A stretch of 64,000 bases of DNA from Trichinella spiralis. Its lineage: Eukaryota. Position 1 is the stretch's first letter. Each line of letters opens with the position of its first letter. The stretch lies in the NCBI RefSeq assembly GCF_000181795.1, contig NW_003526944.1, forward strand, positions 1,268,498 to 1,332,497, read 5' to 3'. A program made the translations under genes and the position numbers. Shown one piece after another: positions 1 to 12,000 of the stretch. The notes beneath the pieces were generated by a model. The model saw only the letters and a list, made by a program, of their open reading frames with translations, had not been told where the DNA came from and searched no databases.

Positions 1-3000
1 CATATTGCTGTTAAAAATTCATTAATACTTGCTTTTCCTATCGTATCTCTCCGATCTCTTTGATTTCTTTAAAAACAAGCATTTCATGGAATATTTCTTC
101 CATTATCGGTTTTATAATTCATTTAGCTTCTTAATGATACCAAAATGTGGGTATTTGATTCCATCTTCCCTTTGTATGCAATGTTGTATACGGCTCTGCA
201 TATTGTGCACGAAAAGTAATAAGCCCCGTTAGAAATTAAATGCTAATGCTACAAAATCAAATAAATGCACAATTGAGGACAGATGAATGTGCTACTGCTG
301 AGTATTTATTCGAATTTGTCGAGGTATCCAAATGTAAATTCAGGAAAACCATTTCCGTGGTTCTCGAAAAGCGCTATAAATTATAAAATGGTTTTGTTGA
401 TACTTGCAAACAATATTGCACTAGTCATAAGTGTGGAAATTTTCAATATTCCACAAACGATAATTTTTTGAGAAATTTTACAGAATTGCTGGTTTCTGAA
501 TGTGACATTAATAGGACAGAAAATCTGCCATTTTATATAAATATTGCATTTCAATCTGATTATTTTGAATAATTCAGGTTCTTTGGAGAGTTTCAACAGA
601 AACTGCACGGTAGTTGCGGAATAAATGCCCTTTGAATTTGGTACAAAGATTGCGGATAAATTTCGAGTCATTTCTCAATCGATTCTGATCGTTTCAATGT
701 AATGCATGTCTTTTTCGGAGAAAAAGGGATTCAAAGACCATTATTTCATTTTTGAGGATCTAATTTATCATAATTGTCAGTCCATTTTTATTACTGTGAT
801 GAAAGTTGTTCCATAACAAAGTAAAATATAAATTAATTGTTCAATGCACGAAGTTTCGATAAATGTACCTATTTATAAATCTCAGTTCAAACCAGTTTTC
901 TACGATGTTTCTCTTTAACATTTATTAATACATAATTGTAGTAAGGGATGCTTTATTTAACTTCGGTTAGTTAAAATAACTGTTATAGAATAGCCTGCGA
1001 TGCATCATCTTTATTATTGAATTAGCTTCTCAATTATACCAAGCTTCTACCTATTTAAGTTGATTTCATTTCGTTGTCTGACACTGCTTTCATGTTGCAT
1101 ATCAAAGATTTTAATTGTTTTAATTCCTGAAAGCAGTTTATTGTAAATGGAATAAAAATGAATAAATAAACAAACGCAGACTGACAACAATGACAATGAC
1201 AACAAACTAACAAACAGTTCATAATAAACTCATGTGCTTGTGCGTTTTATTTATAGGCATCTTTTCTGATGAAGAATTATAAGTTATTATAGTTCTATAA
1301 GATGCAACGAATTATTAAATACGTTCTTCATAACTGTAAAGAATATTGCGCAAGATAAAAGTACATAAATTTCTGGTAATATGCTCTCGCTGATTTCATG
1401 AGAAATATGACAAAACTTGTTCTTTGCACAGATGATATTTTATGAAGAAACAAAACGATTGTTGCAATATATTTTGTATAAAAAGTCACCTTTTTCAATG
1501 AATTGCACTTATTCTCCGTCACGAAACATGTTTTACAATATAGGTGTGCTGTAGAATGTTAAGAAAATTCAAGAACAATTCTTCATTCCATTCGCATTTT
1601 CAATTGCTGATAAAATTTGATTCTCGTTATAAAAATTGGGCAATATTGGTTACGCGTAATTTATGCATTCATAACTTTAAAGCTTAAAGTAAATTTTGCG
1701 TGTTGCAGTTCGATACACGCTGCACGCTTCATCAATTATTCTTTTTGAAATTCTACTTTAGATTATTCATTTAACGGTGTTCTTTTTGATGTTTTGCAGC
1801 TGGTATCTGCTCTTCCAGTTCTTCAATGTCAGATCAGTTTTGAAAATACAATATTCTTGTTCATGTAATCATTGCAAAGTATAAAAAGTAATGATAAAAA
1901 GTTTTCTTCCAATAATGTTGCCTTTCTGATAAAAATTTCCATTTTAGATTCAGTTGTTCTAACAAAATTTCTTGTTACCTTCTTGATTGGCATATTTTTT
2001 TATTTTAATATACAGCGTCTGATATCTATTTTGCTGTGTTATTTCCTATTAAAAGGAATCATCGTAAGCTGCTTTATCCGACGGCAACGATATAACAATA
2101 ATGGGTTGCTGTAACTCAAATTAAAAGTGACAAACTTCGTTGTCCATTGCAGTTCAGGTACGATTGTAATTTTGAACTTGTTTAAGTTATGAATTACTGG
2201 GGATTAAATATTAACGCCATGTTTAATTAATTGGTCAGTGGGTGTTTGGTCAACGGTTAGTATAATCTGTAGTGCTGTTATAGCACTTCATTTTGCGGTA
2301 TAAAGGCACGTGAGCTTTTCCAGGTCACCAAAGTAAGATTATGATAATTTGATGATGAATACTGCCGACGGCAATCTACTAAAAGCATTTTGTGCCATTC
2401 AAATCTGTACGCGATTTCCAATATAAAGCAGTGTTTATTCTTTAGTGCTTATTATATAATTATTGGCTGATCAGTAACGCTCTAACTACAGCCCTGGGTA
2501 ATTTGCTTATTTCTGGTACTTCTCTTCAACCAATGCGTTATAAATATTGAACTGAATATGCCATAGGACCACGTGCAACATTTGGAAAATTTCACGGCTC
2601 TACACGTGATTCATGTCTCATCAGTAGCATGCCATCGGTCAGGTATGAAGTTTTACATATTTTCGTGGTTTTCCATACTTTTCTTTTTTCTTCTTCACAT
2701 TCACATCTCTGCATGCACACTGCATAAAATATGGTCTGTTTTGAGAACTGTAATAGCAGTTCAATTGCATTTTATCTGGATTAATTGAAACATAACTTTA
2801 AATGACGTTCAAGAAACAAACGGCATTTTATTAATTACATGGCTGATGAAACATTTTGTTCATTGACTTTTGAATTTGTTAAAATTATAAATGACAACTC
2901 TGAATTTAAAGTTTGACAACGAAATTCTTAAACCTTTTTTATCAGATACTGAATAGCGAATGCTGCTGATCTTCAGTTTTTGCAGTCCGTACTGTGAATA

Positions 3001-3429
3001 TCGCTATATGTAAGTGTAACAGTGCGAGTTATTTTTCTTAATTCGCTAGTGCTATCACATAATTTCTGATTCCATTCTGAAAATTAAAAATGAGTAGATA
3101 GCTGTCAAGCAGTCTGCGTACTTTGTAAGCGTGCGCAAACGAACAGATCAACCATCAGTGGAATACGAACCAGCGGACGTTTCCACTGCCGTTACTTATG
3201 AACTAATTTTCCTATTTATAAATAAAGCAAAATTTTATAATACCCATTTATTTATGTTTAATCTATTTGTATGAGTACTGAACAGTAAAAAAAGAAATAT
3301 TTATTATAGTATTAATTGTATTCTAATTATTTTTAATTAATATCTAATTAACTGGCTAATTTGTGTCAGTTGCTTCACTGATACTTGGTGCCTGATACTT
3401 CACTGATACTTGGATACATTACAGTGATC

Positions 3430-6130
3430 GCTTCGGCAGTGTAAAGGACAGTTTGGTATGACTGGAAACCAGATGTGATCTAGCGAGGGCACCCTTACCT
3501 TTATTTCACCAAATTGTCAGAATGACCATCAATAATGCCCTGACATTGTTGAAACCTGAAAATTCTTTTGATGCCACTCTATCATAAAGAATGCTGGTGC
3601 ATTTCATTGTTAACCATATTTAAATAAGTAGAACCATTTCCCCTCATGTTGGTAATATTGACAGGTTAAGGACAACGCCTGATTATTATGTGTGAAAGTT
3701 AAATTACAGAAAGTGGTTCACTTTCTAACAACCTTCCCATACTGCATCTCACATGTTCTCCTTCCTGCCATTTCCCTTTCCCACCCTTCCTGTCCCACCT
3801 GATGTACATTGTCAATCACTGCCTTTTGAATGGTTCCAGAAATAACAGACATCTCGATCATAGGCAGAAACGTCTCCATATCATCAGTTGTATTGAGAGT
3901 GGTCTGCTATGTTGACTTGGGCTTAATTTTGCAAAGCTTTTTTAGCGTTCAAGCATAGCTTAAATGTTGTCGACTGAGGGTATATTTGCTTTTGTATAGT
4001 ATTGTAATTTAATAATGTATTTCAAATAACTTTTGTAATTGTTTTATAGTGACTAATTCTTGAGAATTTATTAAAAAGAACTTTTCATAGGTTAAACTGT
4101 AGAATATAATGACATTGCTAGTTGTGTAGCTCTAAAAGAATTTACATAAAGGTGTTGTAAAGTAAACTTTATTGATGATGAAATGCAAAGCTTATGATTA
4201 GAAAGTTGTTTACACAGAAACAGAATGGAAATTTGTTTGTTGGCAATAAATAATGTATTATGTTTTACAAATGTTTATGAAAACCGATTCCTTTTTATAA
4301 CAAGAGCTTTATTTATGCTGTGCAATTGGTATCATCTCATCATTCTATCGAATTGCATATGAAGTGGCTATTCATTGTTTGTAATGCTTCAGGTAAACGG
4401 ATGTTCATAAAATATTAAGTAATAAATTTGCATACTAATGAAATTTCGCACAATATGAGATGTGTAAATAGAAACGTAATAACCTACGTCATTTATTATA
4501 CTTGTTCACTTTTCTTATAGCGCTACACTGTTATTGATGAAAATTAATATGTTCTATGTGAGGTGTAGTGGATTGCTTTATTTGCATTATTTACTTATTA
4601 CTGCACACTATTTAGGAGTAGTACGTTCTTCATTATATTGCTATGTCAGTAGATGGCACGTGGTCAACTATAATTCCGCTCTTCTATCCAATGTGTAAAT
4701 TATAAATAAGCGGTAAGTTACATTATACATTTTGGTGCGGGAATTGTATTGTATTGTATTGAATTTGGTGCATGACTTTATAAATGTGGTGAATAGAAAC
4801 TAACGTGTCATTATATTTTTGCATTAGTCTTGTTATTCCTAACGTTTAGATACTCCTTTCAGGTGCTGAAAACAAATAAGTATGAATTTCTGTTTTTTAA
4901 TGAGTGATTATTCTAATTCAGTTCACATTCAAACTTTGAAACGGATTCACATTAATCCACATGAACCAGCAAGATTATAAAAAATGTTGAAGGCAGCTAT
5001 TTCAAGATTCTGGAAAAGTGAACGACAAATGCAAGTACAGAGAAAACTGATTTCAATATTCTTGTGTGATTATATAACATTATGATTGTAGGATACCATT
5101 ACCATTTGCAGCACGTCAAGATGGTTTGTCACATTTTCTAGATAACTTGAAATTTCAACTTTAATAACATGACTTGTCACTTCTCTTCATTTGTACATGA
5201 CAAGAGTAAGTAATGCTCTCATCTAACTTGTATTACGTACTATGTGTAAGAAGTGACAACGCTTTTCATAGTTTTCATTGCATCACGTTTACAGATTTTC
5301 ATATAATTTCAGTAAAATCGATTTGCATACTAATGAAATTTCAAGTAATATGAGATGTGTAATTAAAAGCCTAAAATAACACATCATTTCATGTTCTTAT
5401 ACTGTTAATAATACTTTATACACTACGCAATTAATGATGGAAAATTAGGTCATATCACCTGAGGCATAGTGGCTTGCTTATTTGCATAATTTACTTAGTT
5501 CTATACAATTTCTGAGTGCTGCGTTTATATTTAGTTTCATTTTCATGTCAGCGGTGATGCACACGTTCAACTGTTATGTTGCTCTTCAATAACATCTATG
5601 AATAAGCGGTAAGTTGCATTTGACATTTGTGATGCGGCTGTTGCATGCATGTCATCAGCATGACTATACGGGTATGGCGTATGGAAAGTATTGGGTGTCT
5701 TCATTAATGTTCCTTCTGCTAACTTTCAGTTACTTAACAGATACTGAAGCTAAGAAAGTATAAATTTGTGCTTTTTATTTTTAGATAACTATATTAATTC
5801 CGCTTTAAGTTTTCTATTCATTTGAAAATGTACGGTACAAATGCGTGTGTTGGAATTGAAATAGGCCTCGCAAGTAGTACAAAGGTTGCTAAGAACTCAT
5901 TGTTCATGATAGTTATGGATTACATTATGAATAACGTTGAAGTCCCTACCAATGCAGCGTCGTGGTAGTTCAAGTTGCCGTAAAGTTGTTACTCAGCTGT
6001 CGTTTTTTTCGTTTTTTTATTTCTACGTCTTTTAGGTGATGTTTCATTTCTGGATAATTTAATATGAATTAGTGTTGAAAATGATGATCATACGTTAATT
6101 GTTGATTACATTGCTATTATTGTGACAGCT
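3430..6130 (+). repeat. Left arm of a long degenerate inverted repeat (modules A-C-B-B-D)
   Basis: ACGTGGTCAACTATAATTCCGCTCTT (4658-4683) occurs exactly reverse-complemented at 10584-10609, and its 23-bp core at 11628-11650. GACAACGCCTGATTATTATGTG (~3671) matches the reverse complement near 12816-12838. 4285-4340 matches the reverse complement of ~11995-12052. Boundaries are approximate. Confidence 0.8.
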
Positions 6131-7432
6131 GAAACTGGCATTAAAGCGTGCCCAGCAGTTCCGGCGTGCTTTCACAAAGATTACCAAGTAAAGACCCCTG
6201 TACTAATTTTGTTCATGATGCATCGTTGCTTAACGATTGTTCAGCAACGATTCAGTGGAATCGCGTCCGGCGAGTTAAACACGGCGGTCATCAATTCCAT
6301 CACAGCATAGAACTCCATGCGCCCGTGGGCGTCCTCCAGTCTCATGGTCAGTCGCTCAGATTTTGCGCTTATCGCCTGGTAGCGGATAGGGAAGATGTAG
6401 CGGAAGGGAAAACGTTCAGGCCGACTACGTTGTTGGTGCACCCTAGCAGATCAGGAGACTACGACTGGAAAACGCTGGAGTCAACGGACGTTCAGCCAAC
6501 TCAACTATTTAAAGGCATTCCAGCTACACATTTTGGGTCGCTGCTATCTTCAATGGCTTTGAAATTGTAGCTGAGGGCTAAAGAGTCAAAAACCAATCGC
6601 TGTGCTGACTGGGAGCAGGCAGTGAATGCACCACGCTGGCTAATGCTCACGTTGGTCACGACCTGATGGTCACGTTAAACCAGGACGTACGAACGTTGGT
6701 TAGTGGGGAACGCAGAGACCAGCGGCAAGGATTCGACTTTTGTATGCCATTGCCGGCACCAGAAGATTCCGCCGTCTGAGTTCAGGCAGAAGAGCTACCG
6801 GAATTGCGGCTGCAACCTTGCCTCGATTAGCCAGCCACATCCACTCCCACAACGGGCAGCTGAGGTAAATGATCGCCATAGTTGTCAGGTAAGTCTGACA
6901 GCTACAAACGATTCAGTCGAAACGGCTCATGGGAACGCCAGTGGTAAAGGTAAGTACTTTTACAAACTGTATTTAGTTTTAGGATGATGAACAGACGTCC
7001 CTGGATCGACAACCATCCCACAAAGGTGAACCGTTTTGATAGATGTGGCTGTAGTTGTCAAATATCTGACAGCTACAAGCACCTAAAAAGGTAAGTACAT
7101 GTATGCGATGTAGATCTGTATCGTCGCAGGGATTTGCCGCTGCTGAGTAAAGGTAGGTAGATTTCTGGGATGCGTTTATCTAATGGTGTACGTAATAACT
7201 ATGTAACTTCATGTTTAGGGAGATTACTTTGAACCAGAGAAATTCAGAAATGCTGCAGATGGCTTTTGCTCGTCCGTGGATTGCTGACACAACGGTAAAC
7301 CATTTTCAGGGACGAAGATAGCAGGGATTTCACGTCAGAGCGCAGAAATAGGCAGAGGGAAGGTAGATTTCTTGGATGCGTTTAACTTATTTCCATGCTG
7401 ATTATTTTGATCCTGAATAAAGTTATTGCAAA

Positions 7433-7860
7433 TTTGCCCTCAGGAAAGATTTATGCAAATTTTTAGTCCCCTGGAGGTAATATGCAAATTTTTATATGCC
7501 CTAAGGCTACGCCTCTGGCTATGCCTCAGGCAATTTTTCAAAAATTTCGAAAATTTTAAAATATAGCCCCAGGCTTTGCCCTCAGGCTACGCCCCAGGGC
7601 AAATAAAAATTTGCATATTGCCTCAGGCGATGCCTCAGGCGTTTTATTGCACCATATTTGCCCTCAGGTAAGATTTATGCAAATTTTTAATCCCCTGGGG
7701 GTAATATGCAAATTTTTTATGCCCGAAGGCTACGCCTCAGGCTATGCCTCAGGCAATTTTTCGAAAATTTTGAAATTTTTAAAATATAGCCCCAGGCTTT
7801 GCCCTCAGGCTATGCCCCAGGGCAATTAAAAATTTGCATATTCTCCCCAGGCTATGCCCA
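7433..7860. repeat. Tandem dimer of a ~224-bp unit built from GCC(N3-4)GGC and ATGCAAAT motifs
   Basis: TTTGCCCTCAGG(A/T)AAGATTTATGCAAAT starts at 7433 and again at 7657. The two units are near-identical and contain many GCCTCAGGC, GCCCCAGGGC and GCCCTCAGGC sub-repeats. Confidence 0.92.
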
Positions 7861-7980
7861 TGGGTGAAAGCATTTAGACTCTGGCTATGCGTTGTCAATC
7901 CTTTGTAACATTTTACGCTGCCCATGAAGGATCAAAATTCAACTTGAAACTTACCTGATGCATTTCCAGTGCGGAAAGTT

Positions 7981-8046
7981 TAGATGAATGGGCTTTATGC
8001 ATTCTGAATGAATCTCCAACCAGAATGCATAAACTCCATCCATCTA
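7981..8046. other. Inverted repeat forming a 26-bp stem hairpin with a 14-nt loop
   Basis: TAGATGAATGGGC-TTTATGCATTCTG pairs with CAGAATGCATAAA-CTCCATCCATCTA, with a perfect 13-bp inner stem. Confidence 0.8.
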
Positions 8047-8469
8047 TAGAACTTACCTGAACCAATGAAAGCAACCTGACCCAATGAAACCCTGGCGAAT
8101 AGATGAACCTGAAATGAAAACTGAAATATTTACGTATAAAAACCTGAAATGTAATAAAAAATTAAACTGCAAATTGAACTGGTAAAATAAAATGATCCAA
8201 GCGAGCAGTCACGGTGGCAGTATGAAACTCCTTAGAAGCATGAACTGATTGTATCCATTGCTGTCTTGAAATTTGAATCAAACTATAAAATGCATAACTC
8301 TGAAAGGGCCTATGAACGGCTGACACTGCAGCTCACCACGCTGCGTGGGCGTCCTGACGGGTAACGTGTTCCGCCATTTGAAGCATTGCCCACCTTCTGA
8401 CAGAGAAGACCAACGGGTGGGTGTCTCCGTCGTTCTAACCGGTCGCCGATTCGTGTCGAATTCCGGGAG

Positions 8470-8720
8470 TTATCACAGGCTATGTTCCACGAGAACCTTC
8501 ATTGGGAGCGGGATACCTTTGGGAGACGTCGCCAACCGTTTTTCAAGATGTCATCGTTCCAAGTCCCTAGATGCCAACCGACAATGGCATCGTACGTCAC
8601 AGAGTATCCTTGCAGCCGGAACGCAGGGATCTCCTTTTCATTGTGCCCATAGATCCGGGCGTCAACGAAGGCGATAACAGTATTTTCAAACGCAACTGCA
8701 ACAATTATGATATCCATATC
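8470..8720 (-). mobile_element. Decayed 3' fragment of a restriction-like-endonuclease (RLE) non-LTR retrotransposon (NeSL/Utopia/R2-type)
   Basis: The translation DIIIVAVAFENTVIAFVDAR...RLQGYSVTYDAIVGWHLGTWNDDILK, then frameshifted VSQRY..MKVLV.EHS, matches the recalled RLE C-terminus (IIVDVTxPFEN..AFxxAR...GYxVxxDAxVVGxLGxW..ND.VL...SxRY.xLM). The segment is locally GC-richer. Confidence 0.7.
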
Positions 8721-8727
8721 TGAGACC

Positions 8728-8869
8728 TTACCTGAAAAGACTTGGCAATCGAATAAAACGTTTTCTTCAATGGAATAGGGAATTGCAATTGTTTCCCTTT
8801 CACGAGGAATTCCCAGTAAGCGTGAGTCATTAGCTCGCGTTGATTACGTCCCTGCCCTTTGTACACACC
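8728..8869 (+). pseudogene. Isolated 18S rRNA fragment (3' region)
   Basis: GGGAATTGCAATT...ACGAGGAATTCCCAGTAAGCGTGAGTCATTAGCTCGCGTTGATTACGTCCCTGCCCTTTGTACACACC is the conserved eukaryotic SSU segment. Similarity stops abruptly after GTACACACC. The left boundary is approximate and the match is clear from ~8775. Confidence 0.9.
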
Positions 8870-9049
8870 ACAATCTGCGAAATAATTGTTAAGAAACAGC
8901 CATATTATAAAAAACAATTGAAGACGAATAACAGTGCATCTCTTGCTTCATATGCTCATAGTAATTTGTAACTTATTAGATGGTTGGCATTTGATGCTGT
9001 CTCGAAAAAACCTTTCGTTTTCAACGTACGTCAGCATATTGCTTCCTCA

Positions 9050-12000
9050 TCTTAACAGTTACGTATTAACTCATTCAAGTCATTATTCTTACTTTTTGGT
9101 AAGCAAACCACATTCTGAGCTGTGTGGAACGTCTTCAGACCGAATTCAACCAACATAGGAGCCATCAGTACGGATTTCATACGTCTTCGATAGTATTGAC
9201 GTAATCGATTGCTATCAAGAACAAAATACGTACTGATTTTTTCCATATCACTTCTCGAACCCATTCACGACAACTCAATCTACTACGGTAGCAAGAAATA
9301 CTCAGAAACCAAAACTGATTGTATTAGCATAATGAATGAACAATAATTTTAGCACATACCATGTGTGATACCACATTTAAAACGCACTGACGCTAATTCA
9401 AACTGCAACAGTGGCATGATAACGAATCTAATTCATTGCTTTCAAAATCAATATGAGCTTCCATTATCACCGAGCAGCATCACCAAGAACTGAATATTTT
9501 GCAATTGCGTTGACATAATGTGCCTCAATTGCAACAAATATAAATCATTACTTACTATTCGTGATCAGTAAAACTACACCGAGAAGACGACGAACCCCAA
9601 TATGCCAGCTTTAACTAACGCGGTTCATCAACGGGTGAGACTTTGTATTTCTTTGATAGTAAGCATGTAATCCATTGCTATTATTATAAATTATTATGAA
9701 TAAAACATGCACTTACTGAACTCTGTGATGCAACATTTGGAATGTACTGATGACAACTCAACGTACCAGCGTGTCCAGAGACATAGTAACCACTAATAAA
9801 ACTGATCAGTTGTTAACGTAATCCATTGCTATCAAGAAAATATTCATTAATTAATTATTAATTTTTGTCATATCCTGTTTTCAACACATTTATGCTAACT
9901 CGAACGAACATAGTAGCAGGAGGTATAGGGTAATCAAAACTGCTTGATTGCTCTGACGTATCTTAGGAAAAAACGAAAACCACAAAGGTACTTACTTCTG
10001 ACACACTACACAGGTGAGGTAGACCGTATGGATTAGAACTCAACAAGGAGATAAACTAAAAATGTTAAATAAGCTAAACAAATAAAACATTAAATTAGGA
10101 AATGAATAGAATATGAAAATTATAGATGCACTGTTATTCGTCTCCAATTACTTTTTATAATATGGCTGTTTCTTATAAGCTTCTATACAAATTGTATTGT
10201 ATGAAAATTGCAATGGAGTCATAAACACAACAGTAACATTACTCCATTACTTACTTGTTGGACACATATGAAGAAACGTGACCAGTCAGATAATAAAATG
10301 TTCACATTCACAACCATTTCATGTTGCTGCTCCATATTGATTGATGCAAATAGGAAATGTTCTTAATACTAAAACTGAATCAAATTAATATCTGAATATA
10401 AAAAAGAACATCCTCAAATTCAGCATCTGGTTTGAGTATCTGAAAATTAGCAACAGAAATATAGATAGAGATATCCCCATTAGTTTGCGTTCACCTTATT
10501 TGTAAAGTCATGCAAATAACATGCGTAGAGTACCCGCATCACAATACTGAATGTAACTTACTTCTTATTTGTGGCGAACATAAAAGAGCGGAATTATAGT
10601 TGACCACGTAACGCCTGTTGACATTGCACTGAATGGAACAACTAAATACGAACGAAGTAATCTGCAATGGTTTTCAATAAGTAAATTATGCAAATAATAT
10701 AGACTACTATGCCCCAGGGAAAGCAACCTAATTCTCCTTCAGCTATAGCGCAGTGATATAATTATCAAGAACATGCTGAATACATAATGTTATAACGTTT
10801 TTATTTACACACCTTATATTATGTGGAATTTCATTACTATGCAAATTTATTTCACTAACATTACATGAAAATCCGTTAACTTGTAGCAGTGAGAATTAAC
10901 AAAACATCACGGAAAAGACTACTATTATTTTGAATTCATACAAGTAGTACGTAAACTTATCGAAATAATAGTGACATTATAGCACTGCTTACTTTTTTCC
11001 ATCAGTGAAGGAAAGGGAGCAGTCAGTCAGCAGTTACGTAGGGCAGCTTATATTAGCTCTAAAAAATTATATTTCAAAAATAATGTTCGAACATAAAACA
11101 TTAAGAGGAACCTATCTATGATAATACTTACATGATGACTTAATATCGACGCCACAGTTGGGATTAAAGTGATACGGTGCAGATGATGCCGCTAACTTAC
11201 AATCCTATTATTATAGAATCTTATAAAAATTAATAAACTGAGCCTTCTGTGTATTTGAAATTGCTGTTCAATTTCATCTTTTCAAAACCAAAAAATAAAC
11301 ATTACTTCATAAAAACTATATCCAAATCTTTATGCTGGATTGCTATCTTCTTGATTACTTTCTGCAATGCAATTGCTTTACATTGCTCGATATGAATATA
11401 GAAATCTGTAAATTCTAAAACTCTGTGAATTACATTAGTGCAAATACCTCAAAATAAATTGCACAAATACGTACTTGTCCACATGCAGCATTTAGTGAGA
11501 GCAACTGAAAATTAGGAATAGTAATTTTAATGGATATGAACATTTGCAACGTCATGCAAAGGGCAAGCATGCAATTCCCCCATCACAATATCGAATGTAA
11601 CTAACTGCTCATTCAAAGATAACAGTGAAGAGCGGAATTATAGTTGACCACATGCATTCCGGATGCATGGCAATGAACTGAGTAACTAAATATGAAGGGA
11701 GTGCTCTGAAGCAGAGGGCAATAAGTAAATAATGCAAATGAACATACCACTGCCTCAGGTGAAACAACCTAATTTTTAGTCCGTAATAGCGTAGTGTTAA
11801 GTTCAGCAAACAACTATATTAAATGACGACTGTTATTACGTTTTTACTCACACATCTCATATTATATGAAATCTCATCATTATGCAAATTTATTTCACTA
11901 AAATTCGATGAAAATCCGTTAACAGAAGCATCGGAAATTACAAATTATAATTTCAAATAAAATTGCGTTAACCGAGCTTATCTACTTGAAAATATGATGA

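Noticed and set aside
1..2800. Short hydrophobic ORF fragments suggestive of a decayed multi-TM gene
   Set aside because: There is no diagnostic motif, and AT-rich DNA yields such peptides by chance. BLASTX is needed.
7433..7860. CRISPR-like array
   Set aside because: The context is eukaryotic, there are no unique spacers, and no cas genes are present.
8728..8869. Functional rRNA gene
   Set aside because: Only ~140 bp is present, with substitutions and no flanking rDNA.
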